A stretch of DNA of 64,000 bases from an uncultured bacterium (GCA_965371175.1 CBDUXI010000001.1:26336-90335), one strand, 5' to 3'; numbered from the stretch's first letter, positions 1 through 9,918 are shown. The notes: generated by a model not told the origin, from the letters alone. Numbers and translations: made by a program.

Positions 1-1374
1 GGTTTCGTTGGCGATCAGCATGAACTCCTCGATCAGCCGGTGGCTGATTTCTCTGGGTTCATGAATGATGTCGCGAATCTCGCCCCCCTCTCCCAGCACG
101 ATCATGGACTCCGGCAGATCGAAGTCGAGGGAGCCCCGCTGGTTCCTGATTTTCATGCGGGCCTCGCCCAGCCGGGCCATGTTTTTCAGCATGGGCAGCA
201 GGCTCGCATATTTCTTTTCGAGTGCCTTGTCCCCATCCACCAGCATCTGGTTCACCTCGTTATAGGTGAGCCGGGCGTCGCTTTGGATCAGTGACTGGTA
301 GATGCGATAGGCTGTGCGCTTGCCGTCCCGGTCAAAGCGCATTTCGCAGGTAAGGGTGCAGCGCTCCTCTTCCGGCCTTAGGGAACAGATGCCGTTGGAC
401 AGCTTTTCCGGAAACATGGGTACCACCATGTCCGGCAGATAGATGCTGGTGGCCCGCTCGTTCGCCTCTTCATCCAGAATGGAACCCGACGGGGCAAACT
501 GGTCCACGTCGGCAATATGCACCCACAGGGTCACGCCGCCGTTCTTGTCTTCCCGCAGGGAGATGGCGTCGTCAAAATCCTTGGCGTTTTCGCCGTCGAT
601 GGTGACGGTGGGCAGATCGCGCAGGTCGGTGCGTTTTTTCCGATGGTGTTCCTGAGGTGCCGGGGGCAACAGGTTGGCCTGCTTGTCTACGGCCTCCGGA
701 AACGCCACGGTGACCCCCGCATCGGCCAGCGCCAGAGCCGAGTCCATGGCGGCGTCGGTGCCGTCTCCCAGGTTTCGGATGACCGTGCCGGTCATGGCCT
801 CGCCGCCGTCCGGGTAGCCGGTGATTTTGATCTGCACCAGATCGCCCGTGCGGCACTTTTTGGCTTCGGAGCCTTTAATCATGACGGGTCGGTTGAGCTT
901 GCCCTCCAGCGGCACCACCTGCCAGCGGTGGCGGACCTGTTCCAGCCGCCCCACAATTTCCGTGCGCCCACGGGAAATCACGCGCAGGTGGCTGCCGGCA
1001 AAGCGCCCGTCGGCCCCCTGTATCGATCGGGCCGATACCGTATCGCCGTGCATGGCCCCCGCCATTTCCTTGCGCGGAATGAACAGGTCTTCCCCCTTGC
1101 TATCCGATTTGTTGTCCGGCACCAGAAAGCCGTAGCCGTCCGGGTGGCCGATCAGCTTGCCGATGACGCTGGCTTTGGCATCGGCGGTGGCATAGCTGTT
1201 GTCTGCGCTCCGGGTAATTTTGCCTTTCCTTTCCAGATCGCGCAGCAGCCGCCGCACTTCTGTCTTGCGGGAGCGGGGCAGCCCAAGCTGGCGCATCAAC
1301 TCGCCCGCCGAGATGGGGATGCCGTTGGTGCGTTTGATGGACGCATACAGGCGGTCTGTCAGGTTTTTAGACAT
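1..1374 (-). CDS. rnr: Ribonuclease R (5' part; runs off the window start)
   Basis: My translation from ATG at 1374 gives MSKNLTDRLY..., a cold-shock domain (GHPDGYGFLVP), the RNB motif TIDGENAKDFDDAIS, SIYLPDMVVPMFPEKLSNGICSL and HRLIEEFMLIANE. Not in the ORF track because it has no stop in the window. Confidence 0.95.
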   Translation of the reverse strand, partial: MSKNLTDRLYASIKRTNGIPISAGELMRQLGLPRSRKTEVRRLLRDLERKGKITRSADNSYATADAKASVIGKLIGHPDGYGFLVPDNKSDSKGEDLFIPRKEMAGAMHGDTVSARSIQGADGRFAGSHLRVISRGRTEIVGRLEQVRHRWQVVPLEGKLNRPVMIKGSEAKKCRTGDLVQIKITGYPDGGEAMTGTVIRNLGDGTDAAMDSALALADAGVTVAFPEAVDKQANLLPPAPQEHHRKKRTDLRDLPTVTIDGENAKDFDDAISLREDKNGGVTLWVHIADVDQFAPSGSILDEEANERATSIYLPDMVVPMFPEKLSNGICSLRPEEERCTLTCEMRFDRDGKRTAYRIYQSLIQSDARLTYNEVNQMLVDGDKALEKKYASLLPMLKNMARLGEARMKIRNQRGSLDFDLPESMIVLGEGGEIRDIIHEPREISHRLIEEFMLIANET

Positions 1375-1883
1375 CAGCGGAACCGGATGGGTGGGGAGAC
1401 GCGCCCGGTGGCACGCTCAATGGTGTAAATATCCCGGCTGCCGTCGGCGTTTTCCACCAGCACGTCCATAAACGCGTTGGAAGAGGAGGTGCTCACCACC
1501 CGGCTGCCTGCGGGGATCGGGATCAGAATACTGGTGGGTTCCTGCGGGGCGGGATGTACAGCGGCCGGTGCAGGGGTTGGCGTGGGCGCAGCTTGAACGT
1601 TCGGTGCCGGGATGGGCTCAACAGTCTCCGGCGCGGCATCGGCCACGTCTACCGGAGGGGCGTTTTCGGCATCCGGAACTTCCTCCATGGCTCCTTCTTC
1701 TGCCTTCTTGCCGGGGAGTTCCGGCACCAAGCCCACTGAAAGTGGGCTTTCGGCGGATGGCACAATGACCATTTTGGCAGGTTTTCCCGAGCGCATCTTG
1801 TCTATCCACATCACCGCAAGCACCCCCACGCCGATGATAATGGCAATACCCATAATCACTACGGAGGCCTTGAGCATCTTCAT
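1374..1883 (-). CDS. Hypothetical single-pass membrane protein with a Pro/Ala-rich linker
   Basis: N-terminal TM segment (VVIMGIAIIIGVGVLAVMW). ATGA overlap with the cobI stop and TGATG overlap with the rnr start. Confidence 0.75.
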   Translation of the reverse strand: MKMLKASVVIMGIAIIIGVGVLAVMWIDKMRSGKPAKMVIVPSAESPLSVGLVPELPGKKAEEGAMEEVPDAENAPPVDVADAAPETVEPIPAPNVQAAPTPTPAPAAVHPAPQEPTSILIPIPAGSRVVSTSSSNAFMDVLVENADGSRDIYTIERATGRVSPPIRFR

Positions 1884-2656
1884 ATCGTCGACTCCTTTAC
1901 CCTGCATCCGCGCAGTACCGGCTCTTTGATCCGGTGCGGGTTGCGGGCCAGCACCAGGGACAGGTATTCCAGTTTTTCGCCCCGCAGACAGGTGATGTCG
2001 GTCACGACTTGTTCCTGATCGGTGCCGACCTTGTTGACGAATACGGCTTGCCCTGCCAGCCCGTTTTTCTCCAGCCGGTCGATCAACTGATCCATGACCG
2101 GTTTGACCTTGAGCAGTACCACGGTATCAAACCGGTCCAGCATCTCTTCCACAATATCCACGCCGTAGGTGGCAGGCAGAATCGCCACCCGGTCGTCGCC
2201 ACTGGCCAGCGGCGTCAGGGTACGGGCGGCGGCGGCGTTATAGGCGGTGACCCCCGGTACGACCTCTACCGATACGTCGGGAAGAACTTTGGTGACTTCC
2301 CGGAACACATGCACGAAGGTGCCAAAGGTAAACGGGTCGCCCTCGCACAGAAAGGCCACGTCATGGCCACGGGTTAAATGGCCCGCAAGTGTGGCCGCCG
2401 CCTTTTCCCAATGGGGTTGCAGCACCGCAGGATCAGAGCGCATGGGGAAGGTCAGCTCTTCCACCTGGTGGTGGGGGCCGATGCTGTCTGCGCAGATGGC
2501 ACGGGCAAAACTGGGTGCGCCCGGCGTTTTTACCGGTACGGCAAGCACATTGGTGTGCCGGATGATGCGGGCGGCTTTCTGGGTGATCAACTCCGGGTCG
2601 CCGGGACCCAGGCCCACGCCGTACAGGGTGCCAAGATTGTTTGTGTGCTGGTTCAA
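1880..2656 (-). CDS. cobI: Precorrin-2 / cobalt-factor II C20-methyltransferase
   Basis: Tetrapyrrole methylase motifs GTLYGVGLGPGDPELIT, CEGDP and VVPGVTAY. Confidence 0.9.
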   Translation of the reverse strand: MNQHTNNLGTLYGVGLGPGDPELITQKAARIIRHTNVLAVPVKTPGAPSFARAICADSIGPHHQVEELTFPMRSDPAVLQPHWEKAAATLAGHLTRGHDVAFLCEGDPFTFGTFVHVFREVTKVLPDVSVEVVPGVTAYNAAAARTLTPLASGDDRVAILPATYGVDIVEEMLDRFDTVVLLKVKPVMDQLIDRLEKNGLAGQAVFVNKVGTDQEQVVTDITCLRGEKLEYLSLVLARNPHRIKEPVLRGCRVKESTI

Positions 2657-2768
2657 ATAATGCCGCTTAAGGTTCCGGCTAAAAAAAGAGCCAGTATATC
2701 CCGGTACGGCAAGTGGCGGTTAAGAAAATCGGCTGGCGGGCGGGGGCTGCGCAAAAGGCGCGGTCGGA

Positions 2769-4220
2769 TCAGTCGTCGGCAGGCTCGCCGTGGGTCACCT
2801 GCACGATGGGCAGCGTGTCCACATGATCCCCGTAAAAGGTGCCGACCACGTCGTCGTGCGGCAGGTGCATGTGGCGCTCCCCCGGAGGACATGTGCCGTG
2901 GGTGACGTGGTAGCGAAACTCGTCCATAAAGTATTCCAGGCCGGTTCGCACCGGCAGGCACGCCCCGTCCGACAAGGCGCAACAGGTGGTGCCGGGGACG
3001 AGGGCCACGATGTGGGCCAGCATGTCGATCTCTTTCTGGGTGCCGCGCCCTTCTTCCAGGTTGGTGAGCCATTGGTGCATGAAGCGGGTGCCGTCCCGGC
3101 ACGGGGTGCACTTGCCGCAGGCTTCGTCCCGAAAGAAGCGAAGCAGGCTCTGGGTGGCGCCCACCATGCAGGTGTGGTGGTCAAACACCATGATGGCACC
3201 GGTGCCGAACTCGCCGCCGATGGCCGCCAGCGTATCGAAGCTAAGCGGGATATCCAGATGCTCGGCGGTAATAAAGCCACTGGCCGCGCCGCCGGTTAAG
3301 GCCGCCTTGAAGCGCCCGTGCTTCATGCCGCCTGCAACGTCCAGCAGATCGCGCATGGTGGCGCCCATGGGCAGTTCGTAATTTCCGGGCCGGGCCACGT
3401 GGCCGCTCATGGAAAAGACTTTGGGGCCGGGGGCTTCCGGCAGACCCATGGCGGCAAACTTTTTCGGTCCTTCAGAAATCACCAGCGGCACGCCCATCAG
3501 GGTTTCGATGTTTTGCACCACCGTGGGACGGCCCCACAGGCCGTATACGGTGGGGTAGGGGGGCTTGGGACGCGGAATCGGCAGGTTGCCCTCGATGGAC
3601 TCGATCAGTGCGGTCTGCTCGCCGCAGATATAGGCGCCGCCGGAGACGAAAATCTCGATTTCCACATCCACCCCGGTGCCCAGGATGTCTGTGCCGATCA
3701 GGCCGGCTTTTTCGGCCTCAATGAGGGCGGCTTTTACCCGCTCCTGGGCCAGTTCGTATTCCAGCCGGATGTAGATGATGGCCTTCGTGGCCTTGACGGC
3801 ATAGGCGGACAGGACCACTCCTTCGATGAGCTGATGGGGGTTTTCCTCCATCAACTCCTTGTCCTTGAAGGTACCGGGCTCCGACTCGTCGCCGTTGGCG
3901 ATCACGTAGCGCTGGCCTTCCACGTCCGCCACCCGCCGCCATTTTTTGGCCACCGGCTGGCCCGCGCCGCCCCGACCGCGCAGGTGCGCAGCAGCCATCC
4001 AGTCAGTGAGTTTTTCGCGGGAAACCCGCCCCAGCACCCGTTTCTGGGCTTCGTAGCCGCCTTCCTTGACGTAAATTTTCAGTTTATAGACTTCGGGCCG
4101 GTCGTGGTGGCGCAACAGCAGGTGGGGCCGGGACGCACGAACCCGTGCGAGGCCGTTGTCACGCTTTTCAGATATAGAGGCACCCCCGCCCCGGCTTTGA
4201 CCGTCCTTCGACTCCCGCAT
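2769..4220 (-). CDS. nuoF: NADH-quinone oxidoreductase subunit F-like flavoprotein (FMN, 4Fe-4S), stand-alone
   Basis: LRGRGGAG, NGDESEPGTFKD, GAYICGEQTALIESIEG, CGKCTPCRDG...TTCCALSDG. The start is probably ATG 4220, because the longer ORF overlaps pgpA. Confidence 0.88.
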   Translation of the reverse strand: MRESKDGQSRGGGASISEKRDNGLARVRASRPHLLLRHHDRPEVYKLKIYVKEGGYEAQKRVLGRVSREKLTDWMAAAHLRGRGGAGQPVAKKWRRVADVEGQRYVIANGDESEPGTFKDKELMEENPHQLIEGVVLSAYAVKATKAIIYIRLEYELAQERVKAALIEAEKAGLIGTDILGTGVDVEIEIFVSGGAYICGEQTALIESIEGNLPIPRPKPPYPTVYGLWGRPTVVQNIETLMGVPLVISEGPKKFAAMGLPEAPGPKVFSMSGHVARPGNYELPMGATMRDLLDVAGGMKHGRFKAALTGGAASGFITAEHLDIPLSFDTLAAIGGEFGTGAIMVFDHHTCMVGATQSLLRFFRDEACGKCTPCRDGTRFMHQWLTNLEEGRGTQKEIDMLAHIVALVPGTTCCALSDGACLPVRTGLEYFMDEFRYHVTHGTCPPGERHMHLPHDDVVGTFYGDHVDTLPIVQVTHGEPADD

Positions 4221-4326
4221 GTCCGTCGTTTCGGTCTTTTTTCCATTCTTGCTTAGTAAATAGGCGGTTGTGCGGGGTGTTGCCCGGTTATTGATCGGGT
4301 CCGGTCCTCGTGGTACGGTCACGCCC

Positions 4327-4827
4327 GTGAGTGAAGCCCCCCCAAAGAGCACCCGCAAAAACATCGGGTTGAAAGACCGCCTGTTACTGGTGATCGCTAC
4401 CGGTTTCGGCAGCGGCATGGCCCCGGTGGCACCGGGAACTTTTGGCAGCGCGGTGGGTGCGTTGATGGCCTGGCCCATCCTGCTGGTGCATCCGCTCTGG
4501 TGCCTGGTCGCAGCGGTTTTGCTGTTTCCCCTGGGGGTGGTGGCGTCCGCCGTGGCCGAGCGCCATTTCGGCGGCAAGGATCCGGGCGCGGTGGTGATTG
4601 ATGAAATTGTGGGGGTGCTGATTACCGTGGCGTTTGTGCCGTTCACGCCGCTGCACCTGGCTGTGGGATTTGCCCTGTTTCGCCTGTTCGATATCACCAA
4701 GCCGCCCCCGTGCCGCTGGGCCGAGCGCCGCTTCGCCGGGGGGTTCGGGGTGATGGCGGATGACGTGATGGCTGGCATATACGCGGCGGTGGCACTGGTT
4801 CTGGCCGTACGCCTGCTGGGCATTTAA
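4327..4827 (+). CDS. pgpA: Phosphatidylglycerophosphatase A
   Basis: ATGFGSG.APVAPGTFGS, KDPGAVVIDEIVG, FRLFDITKP, GVMADD. Canonical position upstream of cinA. Confidence 0.93.
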   Translation: MSEAPPKSTRKNIGLKDRLLLVIATGFGSGMAPVAPGTFGSAVGALMAWPILLVHPLWCLVAAVLLFPLGVVASAVAERHFGGKDPGAVVIDEIVGVLITVAFVPFTPLHLAVGFALFRLFDITKPPPCRWAERRFAGGFGVMADDVMAGIYAAVALVLAVRLLGI

Positions 4828-4828
4828 G

Positions 4829-6055
4829 ATGAATCAGCCCCGCATCGAACTGATCCTGACTGGCGAGGAGTTGGTCACCGGCAAGGTGGCCGACAGCAAC
4901 GGCCGTTTTTTGGCCGTGGGGCTTTCCCGCATGGGGCTGCCGTGCCTGCGTGTCACATTGGTGGGTGACGGCGAGGACGAGATTGGAAACGCCGCCCGCG
5001 AGGCGCTTTCCCGCTCAAACTTAGTCGTTGTTTCCGGCGGCCTTGGCCCTACCGGCGACGATGTCACCCGGCAGGCGCTGGCTACGGCGCTGGACCTGCC
5101 GCTTGTCACCCTTGAGGTCTTGCCCGACCATCGTCCCGGAGCCGTGCCGGACGGGGCCGAACAGATGGCAAATCCCCAGGGCAGCGCCGCCGGGTTCTGG
5201 ATCGAAACCGCCGCCGTCACCCTGGCCGCCCTGCCGGGGGTGCCGTGGGAGTTGGAGGCCATGTGGCCGGAACTGGAACGGCGTATCCGCGCGCGCTTTC
5301 CCGATCGCGTCCACCATGCCCGCACGCTACGCACCGTGGGGCGCATGGAAAAGGAACTGGACCGGATAGTAGGGGATGTCCTGTCCGGTATGGATGACGT
5401 GAGCCTCGGGGTGACGGCCAACCCGCTGGCGGTGGATCTGCACATCACCGCCACCACCGATGCGGCACTCAAACAGGCAGTATCTCGCGTACACACCGCT
5501 TTGGGTGATGTGATCTATGCCGAGGGCGATACCAGCCTGGCAGAGGTGGTGGGTGATTTACTGCGCGCTGGCGGGCAGACGGTCGCCACGGCGGAAAGCT
5601 GCACCGGGGGGGCCATCTGTGCGGCCCTGACCGCTGTGCCGGGGGCGTCCGATTATGTAGACCGGGGCATCGTCAGCTATGCCAATGCGGCCAAAACCCA
5701 GGCGCTGGGGGTGCCGGAGGCGCTGATCAAGGCGCACGGCGCGGTCAGCGAACCCGTGGCAAGGTCTATGGCCGAGCAGCTACGGGAGGCCTCCCATGTC
5801 GATATCACCCTGTCGGTCACCGGTATTGCCGGACCCACAGGGGGCACCAAAGAAAAACCGGTGGGTACGGTCTATATGGCCGTTTCCACCCCGGAAGGCA
5901 CCGTCTGTTACCGGTTCGTGCACTCAGGCGATCGCGCCCGTTTTGTGCAGCGCACCGTATATCGGGGGCTGGACCTGATTCGGCGCTATGCACAGGGCGG
6001 CATCACGGCGCTTGAGTTGGTGGGTGACCGCGCCGGGCCGCCCGCAAAAAAATAA
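4829..6055 (+). CDS. cinA: CinA family protein (MoCF-like domain plus NMN deamidase PncC domain)
   Basis: SGGLGPTGDDVT, ATAESCTGG, HGAVSEPVA, TGIAGPTGG. Confidence 0.93.
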   Translation: MNQPRIELILTGEELVTGKVADSNGRFLAVGLSRMGLPCLRVTLVGDGEDEIGNAAREALSRSNLVVVSGGLGPTGDDVTRQALATALDLPLVTLEVLPDHRPGAVPDGAEQMANPQGSAAGFWIETAAVTLAALPGVPWELEAMWPELERRIRARFPDRVHHARTLRTVGRMEKELDRIVGDVLSGMDDVSLGVTANPLAVDLHITATTDAALKQAVSRVHTALGDVIYAEGDTSLAEVVGDLLRAGGQTVATAESCTGGAICAALTAVPGASDYVDRGIVSYANAAKTQALGVPEALIKAHGAVSEPVARSMAEQLREASHVDITLSVTGIAGPTGGTKEKPVGTVYMAVSTPEGTVCYRFVHSGDRARFVQRTVYRGLDLIRRYAQGGITALELVGDRAGPPAKK

Positions 6056-6149
6056 TCACAACCATTTGTTAATACAGCAAAATAATTGACAATATCCATT
6101 TTTGTGTGCCGTACCGCGTTGACCCGAACCGTGCGGTTGGTGTTAAATC

Positions 6150-6336
6150 CCTCACATCCTTAGCGGCGCCGGGAAGGTCCCGGCCGTTTAAAGAGGGAAA
6201 CCGGTGCAAGTCCGGTGCGGTCCCGCCACTGTAAACGGGGAGCTGTCTGCTGATAAATGCCACTGGGCCTGTTTTGGGCCTGGGAAGGCAAAGTGGATGG
6301 CGATGATCCGTAAGCCAGGAGACCTGCCGCGTGAGG
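6150..6336 (+). ncRNA. Cobalamin (AdoCbl) riboswitch
   Basis: Conserved blocks AGGGAAACCGGTGCAAGTCCGG, CCCGCCACTGTAA, GCCACTGGG...GGGAAGGC and the B12 box AAGCCAGGAGACCTGCC (6312-6328). Confidence 0.95.
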
Positions 6337-6373
6337 AATTTATAACCGTCCGTTTTCCCGAGGAGGAAATACG

Positions 6374-6547
6374 ATGTTGTCCCAGTTTGAATTTGCGGCC
6401 GCAGGCCGTCTACCGCAGGCGTTGGTTTATCTTGGTCTGGCAGCGATGGGTATCGCCCTTGTCTGGGCCGTTGGCTTTGCCCAGATGCCGATTTTGCACG
6501 ATACTTTTCACGAATTTCGCCATGCAGTGGGGCTGCCCTGCCACTAG
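6374..6547 (+). CDS. cbtB: CbtB-like small cobalt transporter subunit (57 aa; missing from the ORF track)
   Basis: GAGGAGG RBS, then MLSQFEFAAAGRLPQALVYLGLAAMGIALVWAVGFAQMPILHDTFHEFRHAVGLPCH*. One TM segment plus the HDxxHxxRHxxGxPCH C-terminal motif, directly behind the B12 riboswitch. Confidence 0.9.
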   Translation: MLSQFEFAAAGRLPQALVYLGLAAMGIALVWAVGFAQMPILHDTFHEFRHAVGLPCH

Positions 6548-6639
6548 GGTTGTAATGCCCATGCTGTTCGATGATTGATGCTTGTATTGGTGATTGGTAC
6601 CATGTGTGATGTTCTCGTCCCTTTTGGAGGTTCCCGCCC

Positions 6640-7020
6640 ATGATGCCGCTTGCCGTCCTGATGAACCGCGATATCAGTTTTCTGGAAGCGGGCACCACCT
6701 TGAAACAGGTGGCCGAAAAGATGGCCGCAGATCAGGTGGGTGCGCTACTGGTGAAGGTGGACGGTCGCTTTGAAGGCATCGTCAGCGAAACCGATATTGT
6801 GCGCAAGGCGCTGGCCACGGGCATGGACCTGGCCACCTGCACAGCGGAAAAAGTGATGAGTTCTCCGCTGATCACCATTGACGTGAACCAGACCCTGATC
6901 GATGCCAACGAGATTATGAGCGTGAACCAGATTCGCCATCTGGTGGTCACGGAACGGGGCGAGGTGGTGGGGTTGATTTCGGTCCGGGATCTGGTGATCT
7001 ATTTCAAGAACCGGCTGTAG
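6640..7020 (+). CDS. CBS domain pair protein
   Basis: Two CBS repeats (GIVSETDIV, VMSSPLITI, IRHLVV, GLISVRDL). GGAGG RBS. Confidence 0.9.
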   Translation: MMPLAVLMNRDISFLEAGTTLKQVAEKMAADQVGALLVKVDGRFEGIVSETDIVRKALATGMDLATCTAEKVMSSPLITIDVNQTLIDANEIMSVNQIRHLVVTERGEVVGLISVRDLVIYFKNRL

Positions 7021-7094
7021 GCACCTGCAAAAACCGGTTGTAGGCCGCTTCAAAACAGGGTGGGTACAAAACTGGCCCCGGCGCCTCTTGCGAC

Positions 7095-7847
7095 TTATTC
7101 TGCGGCTTCTTCCTGCCAGATACAGGCATCCCCCAGACGGCCAATCAGCACGGCATGGGCTTCCAGGTCTTCCGGGGTGACTTGGGCCAGAAGTGGCGTG
7201 CGCCCCTGCGGCATGGGAGCACCTTCCGGTACCAGTCCGGTCTTTTCCTGCACTTGCGCCGCAGCGTCCGGGCTGCTGTGTGTCCCTCCCCAGGCGGTTT
7301 CCAGCCCCGACAGCACGGTCTGGTGGCCGCCCAGCATGGCGATATAGACCTCGGCGAGGATTTCGGAATCCAGCAGCGCCCCGTGCACGGTACGGTGGGC
7401 GTTGTCCACGTTGTATCGACGGCACAGGGCGTCCAGATTGTTGCGCTGGCGTGGGTGGCGGCGCTTGGCCTCCACCAGCGTGTCGATCACCGGGTGGCCG
7501 TCCAGGGTGGGGCGACCGGCGGCTTCCAGTTCGTGGTTTAAAAACGCCAGATCGAACGGGGCATTGTGGATCACCAGCGGGTCGTCCCCGATAAACGCCA
7601 TCAACTCATCCACCACTTCCCAGAAGCGGGGCGCGCCCGCCACCTTCTCGTCGGTGATGCCGTGAATGCGGATGGAGTCTTCGGGGATTTCCCGATCCGG
7701 GTGCAGGTAGGTCTGGAACGTGTTGCCGGTCGGGTGGCGGTTGATCAGTTCAACCGCGCCAATTTCGATCACCCGGTGCCCCTCGTTGGGGCTCAGGCCC
7801 GTGGTTTCGGTATCGAGTACGATCTGGCGGGTGCGGTGGATAGGCAT
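7095..7847 (-). CDS. dnaQ: DNA polymerase III epsilon subunit (DEDDh exonuclease)
   Basis: IVLDTETTG, HNAPFD, HGALLDSEILAEVY. Confidence 0.93.
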   Translation of the reverse strand: MPIHRTRQIVLDTETTGLSPNEGHRVIEIGAVELINRHPTGNTFQTYLHPDREIPEDSIRIHGITDEKVAGAPRFWEVVDELMAFIGDDPLVIHNAPFDLAFLNHELEAAGRPTLDGHPVIDTLVEAKRRHPRQRNNLDALCRRYNVDNAHRTVHGALLDSEILAEVYIAMLGGHQTVLSGLETAWGGTHSSPDAAAQVQEKTGLVPEGAPMPQGRTPLLAQVTPEDLEAHAVLIGRLGDACIWQEEAAE

Positions 7848-7888
7848 GTGTTTGTGCCCCGTATTTGAAAAAATACTAAAAAAGCAAC

Positions 7889-7913
7889 GAAGGCCCGCCA
7901 TTGGCGGGCCTTC
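7889..7913 (-). terminator. Probable intrinsic terminator after the ferredoxin gene
   Basis: Hairpin GAAGGCCCGCCA-T-TGGCGGGCCTTC followed by a T-rich tract on the minus strand. Confidence 0.6.
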
Positions 7914-7948
7914 TTACAGATTTCCAGACGCGCAGAGCGATCAGGAAC

Positions 7949-8206
<258 letters not shown>

Positions 8207-8394
8207 CTACCCTTTATCTTTAAAGTCTCGGTAGGGTTTATATGGGGCGCATGCCGCCCCCGCACTTGAGGTACTTTTTAATGATGAAACAAATAGTAGG
8301 ATAAAGGATCAGTGGCGGTCAAACAACATCGAATGTGTCATTATTCGGGTTTTCAGGCCCGCTCTGGATTGATATGACACCTTCTTCAGACAAG

Positions 8395-9513
8395 ATGAAT
8401 CCCGTACGCGAGGCCCTCAGACAGGGAATGCGTGAGCAAGTTTACCCCGGTGCCGCCCTGTGGGTGTGGAACAAGGGGCAGGTTTTCCACGAGGCGGTGG
8501 GAAAAACCGCCCTGACCGCAGACGGCGTGCCGGTGGAAACCGACACCCTGTTTGATATCGCTTCGCTGACCAAACCCATGTCCACGGTGACCATGCTCAT
8601 GCTGCTGGTGGCGGAAGGGCGGCTGGACCCGGACGATAAAGTGGCGGACTTTTTGCCCGGTCAGTGGCCCGACTCCCCCCCCATCACGCTGTTTCATCTG
8701 TTGACCCACTCGTCCGGATTGCCCGACTGGCGGCCGTTTTACGAAAAAGTGCGGCTTCTGGAGCAGGAGAATCCCGGCTTTATGGGGGGGGCGCACGGTA
8801 CGGACTGGATTGTGGAGCAGGTGGCCCAGGTGCCCCGCGGATCACAGCCGGGCACGGAGAGCGTATATAGCGATCTGGGATTTATTTTGCTGGGGGCGTT
8901 GCTGGAAAAGGTATCCGGCATGCCGTTGGATGCCCTGTTCGACAAACTGGTGAAGGGGCCGCTGGCTCTTTCCGACACCCGCTTTAACCGGGGCAACCGG
9001 GAGGATGCATTTGCCGCCCGCACGGTGGCCGCTACCGCCTTTTGCCCGTGGCGGGAGCGGGTGTTGTGTGGCCAGGTGCATGACGACAACACCTTTTCCA
9101 TGGGCGGCGTTGCAGGCCATGCCGGGCTGTTTTCCACTGCGGATGACGTGGGCCGCTGGGCCGTTTCCCTGATGGATGCCTGGCACGGTCGTAGCGAATG
9201 GATACCGCAGGCGCTGGCCCGGCGGTTTATGAGCAAAAATACCGATGTGCCGGGCTCTTCGTGGGCATACGGGTTCGATACACCCACAGTGCCTTCCAGT
9301 GCCGGCAGCCATTTTGGACCGCACTCGGCCGGTCATCTGGGGTTTACCGGCACGTCCGTATGGATGGAGATGGATCGGGAGTGGGTGGTGGTGTTGCTCA
9401 CCAATCGGGTCCACCCGGACCCGGAAAACGTACGGATCAGACAGTTCCGGCCACGGCTTCACGATCTTGTGGCGCAGGCGCTAATGGAGCCAGACCCAGT
9501 TCCCGGCGAATAA
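8395..9513 (+). CDS. Serine hydrolase, beta-lactamase class C / AmiE-like family
   Basis: FDIASLTK (SxxK), LLTHSSGL, YSDLGF, HLGFTGTS, LLTNRVHP. Start uncertain (8374 or 8395). Confidence 0.85.
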   Translation: MNPVREALRQGMREQVYPGAALWVWNKGQVFHEAVGKTALTADGVPVETDTLFDIASLTKPMSTVTMLMLLVAEGRLDPDDKVADFLPGQWPDSPPITLFHLLTHSSGLPDWRPFYEKVRLLEQENPGFMGGAHGTDWIVEQVAQVPRGSQPGTESVYSDLGFILLGALLEKVSGMPLDALFDKLVKGPLALSDTRFNRGNREDAFAARTVAATAFCPWRERVLCGQVHDDNTFSMGGVAGHAGLFSTADDVGRWAVSLMDAWHGRSEWIPQALARRFMSKNTDVPGSSWAYGFDTPTVPSSAGSHFGPHSAGHLGFTGTSVWMEMDREWVVVLLTNRVHPDPENVRIRQFRPRLHDLVAQALMEPDPVPGE

Positions 9514-9817
9514 ATCCGGCCAGCCGCGACGTGCGATCGTCTGCCAGATCGTGGGCAAAGGTGATGTGGATCAGGTGACTCCCCGCTGAGCGCCGTTGGC
9601 ACGCATGAATCCGGGCGGCGATCGTTTCCCCCTCCAGGGTGCCGGACCCGCTTACATAGGTCAGGTCTACGTGCACCAGGGTGCCTGCGGCCACCGATTT
9701 TTCGGAAATGGCGGTGAGTCCGGAAAAGCCGATGCTCACCACGTAGCAATCGGTCAGAAACCGGTCATCCAGGCTGTGCACCTGGATGATTGACGTAATC
9801 CGTCTGGCGATAGCCAT
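9437..9817 (-). CDS. Hypothetical protein, degenerate PilZ-like fold
   Basis: PilZ-like beta pattern (VVSIGFSGL... GTLVHVDL... IHITF) but no intact RxxxR or DxSxxG motif. Start placed after a GAGGGG RBS. Confidence 0.5.
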   Translation of the reverse strand: MAIARRITSIIQVHSLDDRFLTDCYVVSIGFSGLTAISEKSVAAGTLVHVDLTYVSGSGTLEGETIAARIHACQRRSAGSHLIHITFAHDLADDRTSRLAGFIRRELGLAPLAPAPQDREAVAGTV

Positions 9818-9918
9818 CTGTCCACCCCTCCCCAGGAAAGTGGTGCGCTTGCGTTCGCTCACCTTAAATGAGGTGCAGCCTGCGTCTATTATACCCCCGT
9901 CCTCCGGGAAATAAAGGC

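Noticed and set aside
4221-4823. N-terminal 200 aa of the 684-aa nuoF ORF
   Set aside because: It is the antisense shadow of pgpA; NuoF similarity begins after about 4220.
6069-6698. 209-aa minus-strand and 124-aa plus-strand ORFs over the riboswitch
   Set aside because: They overlap a clear cobalamin riboswitch and the real 57-aa cbtB frame.
8395-9513. Antibiotic-resistance beta-lactamase
   Set aside because: No signal peptide, and YSD/HLG motifs are typical of cytoplasmic esterase/amidase members of the family.
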